Shown here: piece by piece, positions 48,593-57,841 of the stretch
Layout of the letters: each line of letters begins with the position of its first letter
Position numbering within the stretch: the first letter of the stretch is position 1
Program-made: the position numbers and the translations under genes
NCBI GenBank assembly: GCA_001804865.1
Contig: MHBK01000048.1
Location: 4,843-68,842, forward strand
Reading direction: 5' to 3'
Source: Lentisphaerae bacterium GWF2_57_35
GTDB lineage: Bacteria; Verrucomicrobiota; Kiritimatiellia; CAIQIC01; GWF2-57-35
Length of the DNA stretch: 64,000 bases
Notes under the pieces: generated by a model
The model's input: only the letters and a program-made list of their open reading frames with translations
Told to the model about the DNA's origin: nothing
Databases searched by the model: none

Positions 48593-49984
48593 ATGAATGT
48601 GCAATATGCCATTATTGGAGCGGGTCCCACGGGATTGGGGGCGGCCTATCGGCTCAAGGAACTTGGTCTCACGGATTTTGTCGTTATCGACAAAGAAGAC
48701 TATGTCGGCGGGCTGGCAACCAGCTTTGTGGACAAAGCGGGTTTTACGTGGGATGTCGGCGGGCATGTCCAGTTCTCGCATTACAAGTACTTTGACGACC
48801 TGATGGTCGAGGCCCTGGGCTCCGACGGATGGTTGAATCACCAACGAGAAAGCTGGGTATGGATCGAGAAGCGATTTGTACCGTACCCGTTCCAGAACAA
48901 TATCCGCTATCTTTCACCGGAGACCATGTGGAAATGCCTGGACGGTTTGATTCAGCTCTATCGGCGCCCGACGAACGGCAAGCCGGCCAATTTCAAGGAA
49001 TGGATCATGAACACCTTTGGAATGGGGTTGGCGGAGGTGTTCATGTTGCCGTACAACTTTAAAGTCTGGGCCTATCCTCCCGAAGAGCTCAATGCCTCCT
49101 GGGTAGGCGAACGGGTGGCGGTGACGGATTTGCAGCGTGTAACCAAGAACATTATTTTCAACCGGGACGATTTATCCTGGGGCCCCAACGCGACGTTTCA
49201 GTTTCCGAAATTTGGCGGCACCGGCGCCATTTGGAAAGCCGTGGGGAACATGATCGGCATGGAACATGTATTGCTCAAGGCCTCCGTGGAGAGCGTCGAT
49301 CCTGCAAAAAAAGAGCTGCGGCTGACCGATGGGCGAACGATCGCCTATCGCATTTTGTTAAATACCATGCCGCTCGATCTTTTTACCCGAAAGCTGCAGG
49401 GCTTTCCCTCGGAGCTGATTGAAGAAGCCCAAAAGTTGAAGCACTCCAGCACCCATGTAATCGGCGTGGGTCTCAAGAATCGACCCAAGCCGGAGTTGAC
49501 GACCAAATGCTGGATGTATTTCCCGGAAGTAAAAAGCCCGTATTATCGAATCACTCTCTTCTCGAACTATTCGCCCTATAATGTGCCCGACATCGAACAA
49601 TATTGGTCTCTGATGACGGAAACCAGCGAATCGGATAAAAAGCCTGTGAATCGGGAGACCCTGGCGGCCGATACCGTCAAAGCGCTTCTGGACGACGAGT
49701 TGATCGAGTCGGAATCGCAAATTGTTTCCATATTTCAGTTTCGAACGGACTATGGATATCCGACGCCGTCGGTCGGACGGGACGGCATTCTCAAGGCTGT
49801 TTTGCCCGCTCTCAAGCCTTTCGACATTTACTCCCGCGGTCGTTTTGGCGCCTGGACTTACGAGGTGTCAAACCAGGATCATTCTCTTATGCAAGGCGTC
49901 GAGTGGGTCAATCGAATGGTGCTGGGAATTCCCGAAGTATCGCTCTTCTTTCCCGGCGTCGCGAATGCGATGTGGGGGAAGTAA
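48593..49984 (+). CDS. glf: UDP-galactopyranose mutase, long (eukaryote-type) form
   Basis: It matches, from memory, the block structure of fungal/kinetoplastid UGM: 'IIGAGPTGLGAAYRL', 'GGLA', 'DVGGHVQFSHYKYFDD', 'VPYPFQNN', 'LPYNFKVWAYP', 'WVGERVA', 'WGPNATFQFPKFGGTGAIW', 'SSTHVIGVG', 'KCWMYFPE', 'FSNYSPYN', 'DYGYPTPS', 'YSRGRFGAWTYEVSNQDHS'. At 463 aa it is about 70-90 aa longer than classical bacterial Glf. Confidence 0.75.
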   Translation: MNVQYAIIGAGPTGLGAAYRLKELGLTDFVVIDKEDYVGGLATSFVDKAGFTWDVGGHVQFSHYKYFDDLMVEALGSDGWLNHQRESWVWIEKRFVPYPFQNNIRYLSPETMWKCLDGLIQLYRRPTNGKPANFKEWIMNTFGMGLAEVFMLPYNFKVWAYPPEELNASWVGERVAVTDLQRVTKNIIFNRDDLSWGPNATFQFPKFGGTGAIWKAVGNMIGMEHVLLKASVESVDPAKKELRLTDGRTIAYRILLNTMPLDLFTRKLQGFPSELIEEAQKLKHSSTHVIGVGLKNRPKPELTTKCWMYFPEVKSPYYRITLFSNYSPYNVPDIEQYWSLMTETSESDKKPVNRETLAADTVKALLDDELIESESQIVSIFQFRTDYGYPTPSVGRDGILKAVLPALKPFDIYSRGRFGAWTYEVSNQDHSLMQGVEWVNRMVLGIPEVSLFFPGVANAMWGK

Positions 49985-49991
49985 CGATTCG

Positions 49992-50543
49992 TCAATCCTG
50001 GTCCCGTGCCGCCTTGCCTTTGCGCGACCAGCCTCTGATTTGCCGAATTTCCTCTTCGGAAATGCCCAGCGAGGCCAGAAATTCATGGTGGGCATCCGGG
50101 GCGCGTCGTTCGAATTCCCTATGCCAGCAAGACATGGATCGATCGGCGACTCCGGCCGCCTGCAGCATCTCGATCCACATTTTCTTGTCTACCGTAGGGG
50201 TGGAATCGTCGGACGCCAGTTTCTTCAACATACCGGACAGAAGACGCTGCTTGTTTCGGAGGTCCAGTATTTGCTGGCCGGCTTCACGGAATCGTTTTTC
50301 GATGACCTGGGCGCATGAGGACCCTCGGGAAGAAAGCAGGATGCGGATGTCCTCGAGCGCCAGCCCTGCCTGCCGGAAGGTGCAGATCCTCTCGAGTCGA
50401 CGATAATCTGTTGCCGTATACGTCCGGTAGCCGGAAGCCGTTCGGCCGGATGCTGGGAGCAATTCGATGCGGTCATAATACAAGAGTGTGCTCCTCGATA
50501 ATTCGAAGGCCCGGGCCAGTTTGGAAATCGTATAGGTTTTCAT
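49992..50543 (-). CDS. MerR-family transcriptional regulator with a C-terminal accessory domain
   Basis: 'YTISKLARAFELSRSTLLYYDRIELLPASGRTASGYRTYTATDYRRLERICTFRQAGLALEDI' is a MerR wHTH plus dimerisation helix. Start at ATG 50543 (MKTYTISK). Confidence 0.8.
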   Translation of the reverse strand: MKTYTISKLARAFELSRSTLLYYDRIELLPASGRTASGYRTYTATDYRRLERICTFRQAGLALEDIRILLSSRGSSCAQVIEKRFREAGQQILDLRNKQRLLSGMLKKLASDDSTPTVDKKMWIEMLQAAGVADRSMSCWHREFERRAPDAHHEFLASLGISEEEIRQIRGWSRKGKAARDQD

Positions 50544-50596
50544 GACCTTCTTATAAAAAGAGGCGGTGGCGGACGCTCCGCCACCGCCTCGATGCA

Positions 50597-50782
50597 CTAC
50601 TTGCTGCCGCTCCGTACGCGCTCAATGTCTTTGGCCGGCATGCCCAGCCATTCCAGGAAGCCTTGGTGGCCCTCCGGATGGCGTGACTCGAAGAGCTTAT
50701 GGAATTGCTTTCTCTTGGCCTCGTCCAGGCCGATTTCCTGGAACATGTCGATCCACTCTTTTACGCTTACTGATGATTGCAT
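50597..50782 (-). CDS. Small (61-aa) protein paralogous to the C-terminal domain of the adjacent MerR regulator
   Basis: 'VKEWIDMFQEIGLDEAKRKQFHKLFESRHPEGHQGFLEWLGMPAKDIERVR' aligns with 'KKMWIEMLQAAGVADRSMSCWHREFERRAPDAHHEFLASLGISEEEIRQIR' of the MerR protein. Shared residues by eye include W-I-M-Q-G-H-FE-R-P-H-FL-LG-I-R. Confidence 0.55.
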   Translation of the reverse strand: MQSSVSVKEWIDMFQEIGLDEAKRKQFHKLFESRHPEGHQGFLEWLGMPAKDIERVRSGSK

Positions 50783-50902
50783 CGCCTAACTCCTTCTTGT
50801 GTTATGTTTCGTTCTGTCATGGCCATGACTATGCGAAACGTAAACTGTGAAGCGGTAGACGGGTCAATACCTCACGCAAAAAAAAGTTTTCTGACGGTCG
50901 GC

Positions 50903-52189
50903 TTACAAACTGACGTATCGGAATCCCAGTTCCCTGGCTTGTTTGCGCGGGAAGAAATTTTTCACATCCATCAGAACAGGGGTGCGCATTTTGCGGCGCA
51001 GAGTCTTGAGGTCGATTTCCTTGAATATCTTGTGCCCGTTGATCAAGACGACCGCGTCGAGTTTATTGGCTTGGGCCAGGGTTTGAGTCTCCACGCCGAA
51101 CTGCTTCTTGATTTGTTCGGGGCTGACGAGCGGCTCCCAGGTCGTGACGTTGGCGCCGAAGCCTTTGAGATAACGGACCACGTCGACCGCGCGCGTGTTG
51201 CGGAAATCGGGGACATTTTCCTTGAAGGTCATGCCCAGCACCCAGATGTTGGCGCCTTTCGGCAGCCGCCCGGCGGCCACGAGTTCGCGAATCGTCAGTT
51301 CTCCGACGTATTCGCCCATGCCGTCGTTGATCCGGCGGCCCGCGAGGATGACCTCGGGATGGTAACCCAATTGAAGGGCCCGGTGCGTGAGGTAGTAGGG
51401 ATCGACGCCGATGCAATGGCCGCCGACCAGACCCGGGTGATAGCGATGGAAATTCCACTTGGTGGCAGAGGCGGCCAGTACTTCATGCGTGTTGATGCCC
51501 ATGCGGACAAAAATCTTGGAAAGCTCGTTCATCAGGGCGATGTTGAGATCGCGTTGGACGTTTTCGATGACCTTGGCGGCCTCCGCGGTCTTGATATTCG
51601 GCGCTTGGTGGATGCCGGCCTCGATAATGGCGCCATAGACGGCCGCGACGCGTTGCAGCGATTTCTGGCTGTGCCCGCTGACGACTTTGACGATGCCTTT
51701 TACGGTGTGATCCTTGTCGCCGGGATTGACGCGTTCCGGGGAATAGCCGAGGTCGAAGTCGCCGAGTTTCAAGCCCGACTTTTTTTCGAGAATGGGCAGG
51801 CAATAATCCTCGGTGACGCCGGGATATACGGTGCTTTCATATACCACCATCATGCCTTTTTTCAGGATCGACGCGACGGTCGTCGACGAACCTTCCAAAG
51901 GAGACAGATCCGGATCTTTTGCTTCGTTGATGGGGGTGGGGACGGCCACGACGATAAAGGTGCAGGATTTCAAGGCCCGGGGATCGCTGGTGAAGGAGAG
52001 GTTCGCATGCTTAAGCTGCTTCGATGCAACTTCGCCCGTATGATCGCGCCCGCTTTTCAGTTCGCGAATGCGATCTTCTTTGACGTCAAAACCCACGACC
52101 TTGAATTGCTCGGCAAATGCCGCCGCCAACGGAAGCCCCACATAACCCAACCCTACTACGCCAATCTTTTCGTTTATTACAGATTTCAT
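50903..52189 (-). CDS. Nucleotide-sugar 6-dehydrogenase, TviB/WbpO/CapL-like (UDP-HexNAc dehydrogenase type)
   Basis: 'KIGVVGLGYVGLPLAAAF', 'FIVVAVPTP', 'YSPERVNPGD' and 'GGHCIGVDPYYL' (catalytic Cys). Start at ATG 52189. The track's extra 67 aa are non-homologous. Confidence 0.75.
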   Translation of the reverse strand: MKSVINEKIGVVGLGYVGLPLAAAFAEQFKVVGFDVKEDRIRELKSGRDHTGEVASKQLKHANLSFTSDPRALKSCTFIVVAVPTPINEAKDPDLSPLEGSSTTVASILKKGMMVVYESTVYPGVTEDYCLPILEKKSGLKLGDFDLGYSPERVNPGDKDHTVKGIVKVVSGHSQKSLQRVAAVYGAIIEAGIHQAPNIKTAEAAKVIENVQRDLNIALMNELSKIFVRMGINTHEVLAASATKWNFHRYHPGLVGGHCIGVDPYYLTHRALQLGYHPEVILAGRRINDGMGEYVGELTIRELVAAGRLPKGANIWVLGMTFKENVPDFRNTRAVDVVRYLKGFGANVTTWEPLVSPEQIKKQFGVETQTLAQANKLDAVVLINGHKIFKEIDLKTLRRKMRTPVLMDVKNFFPRKQARELGFRYVSL

Positions 52190-52479
52190 GTCTTCCCATC
52201 GTTCTGTGTTATGAAGCTGTCGGGAATATATAGAAAAGAATTCGGAACAAAGCGATAGCATTTTTTGCGGCGGCATTATCGGACAATTTGTCGCACGAGG
52301 GCGAAAGAATGACGCAGAAAAACAGTCGGGCAGGCCTCGTTTTCCACGGATTTCGTTCGTTTTTCCGTATGCCGGAAGGTTGGCACGCAATTTGCATTTA
52401 TCCCGGCCAACTTACGCCTGACGAAAAAAGCCCCCGGGCGGGGGCGACCGACGGCGTTATCGATTCATATGGGGGCATC

Positions 52480-53205
52480 ATGCTGGAAGTTAAAGATATT
52501 AAAAAATCGTTTGGCGATATCGAAGCCGTTCGGGGCATTTCCTTCAAGGTGGAGAAGGGGGATGTTCTGGGATTCCTGGGACCCAATGGCGCGGGAAAAT
52601 CGACCACGATGCGGATGATTACGGGGTTTCTAATTCCTACCGCCGGCACGGCGTCGGTTCTGGGACACGACATCCTGGATCAACCGCTGGAAGCCAAGCG
52701 ACAGATCGGATACCTGCCGGAAAACGCGCCGGTTTACGCCGATATGACGGTTACGGGTTTCTTGGTCTTTGTGGCGGGGATGCGCGGTTATTCCGGAAAA
52801 GAAAAAACGGATCGCGTTAATGCCGCCGTCGAGCGCTGCAATCTCGGACGGGTGCGGCATCAGACCATCGGCACGCTTTCAAAGGGATTCCGGCAGCGCG
52901 TTTGTTTTGCGCAGGCCGTTTTGCACGATCCGCCGGTTCTGATCATGGACGAGCCGACGGACGGGCTCGATCCGAATCAGAAGTTTGCAGTGCGGAGCAT
53001 GATTCGAGAGATGGCGGCCGGCAAGGCCATCGTCATCTCCACGCATATCCTCGAGGAAGTGGAGGCGGTTTGTACGAAGGCCGTCATCATCGGCGATGGC
53101 CGCATTCTGGCGTGCGGCACGCCGGCCGAATTGAAAGCCCGCAGTCCATCGGGACGCCTCGATGAAGTGTTCCGGACGCTGACCTCGGGACAAAACGCCG
53201 CTTAA
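52480..53205 (+). CDS. ABC transporter ATP-binding protein (GldA/ABC-2 type)
   Basis: Walker A 'GPNGAGKST', signature 'LSKGFRQR', Walker B 'LIMDEPTDGLD'. ATG 52480 is preceded by GGGGGC. Confidence 0.85.
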   Translation: MLEVKDIKKSFGDIEAVRGISFKVEKGDVLGFLGPNGAGKSTTMRMITGFLIPTAGTASVLGHDILDQPLEAKRQIGYLPENAPVYADMTVTGFLVFVAGMRGYSGKEKTDRVNAAVERCNLGRVRHQTIGTLSKGFRQRVCFAQAVLHDPPVLIMDEPTDGLDPNQKFAVRSMIREMAAGKAIVISTHILEEVEAVCTKAVIIGDGRILACGTPAELKARSPSGRLDEVFRTLTSGQNAA

Positions 53206-53217
53206 GGGAGAATCTTC

Positions 53218-53952
53218 ATGTCGACATTTAATGCACTGTTCAAGCGGGAATTGAAGTCCTATTTCGAATCGCCTGTGGCCTATGTTTTTCTTGTGGTGTT
53301 TTTGCTGCTTAGCGGGTTCCTGACGTTTTTTGTCAGCCGCTTGTACGAGCAGGGGCAGGCCACCCTGGAGCCGTTTTTCTTCTGGCAGCCTTGGGTGTAT
53401 TTGCTGCTCGTGCCGGCCGCGTCGATGCGCATGTGGAGCGACGAGCGCCGTTCGGGCACGTTGGAGCTGCTTCTGACTCTGCCGGTCACCATGGCCCAAT
53501 CGATCCTGGCGAAGTTCCTCGCGGCCTGGGCGTTTCTGGTGCTGGCCATTGCCCTGACCTGCCCGGTCGTTGTCACCATCTACGGCCTGGGGCAACCCGA
53601 CGCCGGGACGATCGTTTCCGGCTATCTCGGCTGCATCCTGCTCGCCGGGGCGTATCTGGCTGTGGGCGCGGTGACTTCCGCGATGACGAGAAACCAGGTG
53701 ATCAGCTTTGTCGTTTCGCTGGTGGTCTGTCTGTTCTTGTTGATGGCCGGCTGGCCGCCGGTAACGGAAATGCTGGTGCAGTGGGCGCCGAACTGGCTGG
53801 TGAACGGCGTGGCCGCGTTTAGCGTGATGCCGCATTTCGAATCCATTCAGCGAGGCGTCCTGGACCTTCGGGACTTCGTTTATTATTTTAGCGTCATGGG
53901 CGTGATGCTTTTTACCGCCCATCTGGTCCTTGAAAACCGCAAATCTGCATGA
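53218..53952 (+). CDS. ABC-2 type permease (GldF-like)
   Basis: 'FKRELKSYFESPVAYVFLVVFLLLSG' opening typical of ABC-2/GldF permeases. Six predicted TM segments. Confidence 0.75.
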   Translation: MSTFNALFKRELKSYFESPVAYVFLVVFLLLSGFLTFFVSRLYEQGQATLEPFFFWQPWVYLLLVPAASMRMWSDERRSGTLELLLTLPVTMAQSILAKFLAAWAFLVLAIALTCPVVVTIYGLGQPDAGTIVSGYLGCILLAGAYLAVGAVTSAMTRNQVISFVVSLVVCLFLLMAGWPPVTEMLVQWAPNWLVNGVAAFSVMPHFESIQRGVLDLRDFVYYFSVMGVMLFTAHLVLENRKSA

Positions 53953-53962
53953 GGGGAGAGTC

Positions 53963-55861
53963 ATGATCAAGTCAACTAATTTAAAATTCCGAAGACTGGG
54001 AAGCGGCGTGGCGGGCTTCCTGGTGGTCCTGGGCATCGTCGTTGCCGCCAATGTAATTCTTAGCAACATAACGGTCCGCCAGGATCTGACGGAGGAAAAG
54101 CTGTATACGCTGTCGGCGGGTACGCGCACCATGCTGGCCGCGCTGGAGCAACCGGTGGTCCTGAAGCTTTTCTTTAACGAAAGCGATCCGCAGGTTCCCG
54201 TGATGCTTAAGCAATATGCGCAACGGGTGAAGGATCTTCTGCGGGAATACGAACGGGCCGGTCATGGCAACGTGGTGGTGGAGTATTTCGATCCGCAGCC
54301 GGATTCGGATGCGGAAGACTGGGCCCAGCGCTACGGCCTTGCCGGCCAGTCGCTCGGGTTCATGGGGCCCAATATCTACATCGGCCTGGTGGCTTCGATG
54401 GGCGAAAACGAGGCCGTTTTGCCGGTGCTGGACCCGCAGGCCGAAAACCTGATGGAGTACAACATCTCCCGGCTGATCGCCCGCGTGGAGAATCCCAAGA
54501 AACCTGTGGTCGGCGTGATGAGCAGTCTGCCGGTCCTCGGCGAGCCGGTAATGGGTTTCGCCGGAGCTTCCCGTTCCCCGGCGCAGCCGTGGGTGTCGTT
54601 CAAGGAGCTCAAGCAGGATTACGATTTGCGGCCCGTGGAAACGACGGTCGAAACCATCGACGCCTTCATGGATACGCTGATTCTCGTGCATCCGAAGAAT
54701 CTGTCCGACCGGACGCTGTATGCGCTGGATCAGTTCGTCCTGCGCGGCGGGCGGTTGATCGCCTTCTTGGATCCCTTCTGCGTGGCGGAACTGGAGACGC
54801 AAGCGTCTCCGCAAATGCAAAGGGAAGGCCCCGGCTCGAACCTCGATAAACTGCTCAAGGCCTGGCATGTGAGCTTTACGGCCAACAAGGCCGTAGTCGA
54901 TCTGAATGCCGCCACAATGCTGCGAGGGGCCGGCAACCAAGTGGAGGAAAACCCGGCCTGGTTGAGTCTGCGTAAAGCCAATCTGAACGAGCGCGACGTC
55001 TTGACGGCCAATCTGGAAGCCATCTTGATGCCTTGCGCCGGCGCTTTTGAGGTCTTGTCGACCAATGGATTGGAAATCACCGTTTTGATTCACGCGTCAT
55101 CCGCTTCCGGCTTGATCGATTCGTTCATGATCAGGGGTGGGGCGGATGCCCTTCGCAAGCAATTCGTCAGCGATGGCGAGCAACAGGCGCTGGCCGTTCG
55201 GTTGTATGGAAAGTTCAAGACGGCCTTTCCGGACGGCGAACCGGGCTTGCCGGGAACGACGAACGAAGTTGGCGAAGCTCGTACGGCAGGTTTGAGCGAA
55301 AGTGTTGGAATGGGGACGGTGGTCTTGGTGGGCGATGCCGACCTTCTGTATGACTCCTTTGCGGTCAAGAGCATCAATTTCCTGGGCTATGCGGGTTATC
55401 AGCCGCTGAACGACAACCTTCCTTTCTTCGGCAACAGCCTGGAACAGATGTCGGGCGGTGCGGCGTTGTCCGCGATTCGCACGCGCGGCAAGACGGATCG
55501 TCCCTTCGGCGTGGTGCTCGATTTGCAGCGCCAGGCGCAGGAGCGCTACATGGCGGAAGAGACGACCTTGCAGAACAAGCTCATGCAGGCCCAGCAGCGC
55601 CTGAACGAGCTGCAAGCGCAGAAGGATCAGAATCAAAAGCTGGTGCTGAGTCCGGAACAAAAGAAGGAAATCGAACGCTTTCGCGAGGAGCAGTATCAAA
55701 CGCGGCAGGAACTCAAAAAAGTCCGTCGAGAACTGCGGCGCGATATCGAACAATTGGGCGTTCGGGTCAAAGCTTCCAACATTCTGCTGATGCCGGGCTT
55801 GGTCGTCCTGGCGGGGATTGGCTTCGAAAATTTCCGGCGCCGGAAAAATCGGCGCGCATAA
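53963..55861 (+). CDS. GldG-like ABC-transporter auxiliary protein
   Basis: N- and C-terminal TM anchors ('VAGFLVVLGIVVAANVIL', 'LLMPGLVVLAGIGF'). 'RQDLTEEKLYTLSAGT' opening and a coiled 'QNKLMQAQQRLNELQAQK' segment near the C-terminus, as in GldG family proteins. Confidence 0.65.
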   Translation: MIKSTNLKFRRLGSGVAGFLVVLGIVVAANVILSNITVRQDLTEEKLYTLSAGTRTMLAALEQPVVLKLFFNESDPQVPVMLKQYAQRVKDLLREYERAGHGNVVVEYFDPQPDSDAEDWAQRYGLAGQSLGFMGPNIYIGLVASMGENEAVLPVLDPQAENLMEYNISRLIARVENPKKPVVGVMSSLPVLGEPVMGFAGASRSPAQPWVSFKELKQDYDLRPVETTVETIDAFMDTLILVHPKNLSDRTLYALDQFVLRGGRLIAFLDPFCVAELETQASPQMQREGPGSNLDKLLKAWHVSFTANKAVVDLNAATMLRGAGNQVEENPAWLSLRKANLNERDVLTANLEAILMPCAGAFEVLSTNGLEITVLIHASSASGLIDSFMIRGGADALRKQFVSDGEQQALAVRLYGKFKTAFPDGEPGLPGTTNEVGEARTAGLSESVGMGTVVLVGDADLLYDSFAVKSINFLGYAGYQPLNDNLPFFGNSLEQMSGGAALSAIRTRGKTDRPFGVVLDLQRQAQERYMAEETTLQNKLMQAQQRLNELQAQKDQNQKLVLSPEQKKEIERFREEQYQTRQELKKVRRELRRDIEQLGVRVKASNILLMPGLVVLAGIGFENFRRRKNRRA

Positions 55862-55883
55862 AGATTAGGGAGGATTACGCATT

Positions 55884-57062
55884 ATGAAATTAAAAAACCT
55901 TTTGATTTTAACGGCGGCAGCTTTGTGTCTGGGGTTGGCCGCTTATTGGACGACCCTGCAAAAGAAGCAGGCGCGAGTGCCTTCCGAAGGCCGGATGGGC
56001 GCTCTGCTTTTGCCTAAACTAGCCGATCCCGACGTGTTGAACGGCATCGAAAAAATCGTCGTCGATAACGGGCTTTCCACGGTAACGGTCGCCAAGGCGG
56101 ATGGCTTCTGGGTATCGCCGGCCAAAGACGATTATCCGGCCAACTTCGACCGCATCCGGGAATTTCTGCAAGGACTCTCGGAATTGAAAATTGGTCAAAC
56201 GGTCACGGCCAATGCCGAGACCATGAAACGCATGGGGCTGCTGCCGGCCGCTGCGGCGGAGCCGAATGACGGCGAGGTCCAGGGGCTGCTGGTAACGTTA
56301 TGGAATGGCGCCGGCCAACCGGTGGAGTCCTTGCGGATCGGCAAGGAGCACCGAAGAAATGCGCCCATGGAGGCCGAAGGCATGATGACGATGGGGGCGC
56401 CTATGGGCTTTGCGGACGGCCGCTATGTGGCCGTGGACGGCAAGGGCTATCTGGTGACCGAGACCTTCGCCGATCTTCCTCGGGAGGCTTTGGGATGGCT
56501 TGACCAAACGCTGCTGAATGTGGACCCCGCCGAGATCGTCCAACTCTCCGTCTCCAATCGGCAGAACGGGCTGATCCAGTTGGCGCGGCGCGGTGCGGAG
56601 TCTGTTTTTTCGGTGGAAGGGCTCCAGGATGACGAGCAAACCCAGACCGGCCCGGTCGCGGAATTGACCGCTTTGTTCAGCCGGTTGAGCTTCATCGACG
56701 TTTTGGGCGAACCGGCGCCGGGCGAGGGGCCGGGCTTCGATAAGGCAACAACCATCACCGCACGGACCAAGGACGGCGAAATCTACACGCTGCAAATCGG
56801 CGACCGTCCCGAAGGCAGTCCCGACCGCTATGCCCGCGTTGTCGTGTCGCTGGATGCCGACTCCATCGCGAAGAGCACCAACACCGTTTCGGAAGCCGAT
56901 GCCGCAAGTCTTCAGAAGGAGGTGGATCGCTACAACGAAAAGCTCTCCAAATGGACGTATGTCATTCCCTCTTACCGGATCAATGGCCTGTTGGATGGCC
57001 GCGAGAAGTTTGTAGCGAAGAAAGCTTCTCCTGATCCGGCCCCCGCAGCTCCTGCGCCCTGA
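55884..57062 (+). CDS. DUF4340-like membrane-anchored protein (usual partner of GldG-type systems)
   Basis: An N-terminal TM segment, then a repetitive beta-rich periplasmic part. Its position directly after the GldG-like gene matches the common ABC/GldF/GldG/DUF4340 arrangement. The domain call is from context and general pattern only. Confidence 0.5.
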   Translation: MKLKNLLILTAAALCLGLAAYWTTLQKKQARVPSEGRMGALLLPKLADPDVLNGIEKIVVDNGLSTVTVAKADGFWVSPAKDDYPANFDRIREFLQGLSELKIGQTVTANAETMKRMGLLPAAAAEPNDGEVQGLLVTLWNGAGQPVESLRIGKEHRRNAPMEAEGMMTMGAPMGFADGRYVAVDGKGYLVTETFADLPREALGWLDQTLLNVDPAEIVQLSVSNRQNGLIQLARRGAESVFSVEGLQDDEQTQTGPVAELTALFSRLSFIDVLGEPAPGEGPGFDKATTITARTKDGEIYTLQIGDRPEGSPDRYARVVVSLDADSIAKSTNTVSEADAASLQKEVDRYNEKLSKWTYVIPSYRINGLLDGREKFVAKKASPDPAPAAPAP

Positions 57063-57195
57063 GCCCACCAAACGAATGGAGCCGGCCTGCCCCCAGGCCG
57101 GCTCTATTTTTTTGCGGGGCAAAAGATTTTCCAATCGTTGGAAAAATCTGTCATAATTTTTCCAACCATTGGAAAAACCATTTTGGAGCGCGCGC

Positions 57196-57834
57196 ATGAA
57201 CCTGTTTATCGAGATGCTGTTTAAGCCGGATCAACGCTTTTATTACCTTTCATGGGTATTCATTGTGGCGTTTTCGGTTTGCGTGCATGAGTTCGCCCAT
57301 GCATGGACAGCCAGCCGTCTGGGGGATGACACGGCAGCGCGCAACGGGCATCTGACGTTGAATCCGTTTGTTCAAATGGGAACGTCGTCGTTGATCATGC
57401 TGGCGTTGTTCGGAATTGCCTGGGGGGCGGCGCCGGTGGACCCTTCGCGCTTGCGGAGCCGCGGCGCATCGGCTCTGGTGTCGTTTGCGGGGCCGGGGTC
57501 GAATCTCTTGCTGAGCCTGATTTTTGCCGGGCTGGCCGTCGGTCTTGGAAACATCGCGGCCCCGGCGATTACCGGTTTCTTCAAGCTCGGCAGCGCGGCC
57601 AACGGGGTTTTGTTCTTCTTCAACATGCTGCCGATTCCGATGTTCGACGGGTGGTCGATCTTTTCGCTTTTCGTTCCTGCGATGCGCAGGGTTACGATGC
57701 AGCAGGCCCAGACGTTCATGTGGTTTTTTATCATGCTGGTTTTCATGACCCGGCTGGGCGGCTTCATCTGGACCGCAGGATATCTGGTGTCCGGAATTAT
57801 GCTGCTGTTCTGGGGCGGTCTGTTGGGGATGTAG
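57196..57834 (+). CDS. M50-family (site-2 protease-like) membrane metalloprotease
   Basis: The HExxH motif sits inside a TM segment ('FSVCVHEFAHAWTA'). Multiple TM helices; 'NMLPIPMFDG' (NxxPxxxxDG motif). Confidence 0.8.
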   Translation: MNLFIEMLFKPDQRFYYLSWVFIVAFSVCVHEFAHAWTASRLGDDTAARNGHLTLNPFVQMGTSSLIMLALFGIAWGAAPVDPSRLRSRGASALVSFAGPGSNLLLSLIFAGLAVGLGNIAAPAITGFFKLGSAANGVLFFFNMLPIPMFDGWSIFSLFVPAMRRVTMQQAQTFMWFFIMLVFMTRLGGFIWTAGYLVSGIMLLFWGGLLGM

Positions 57835-57841
57835 CAGGTTC

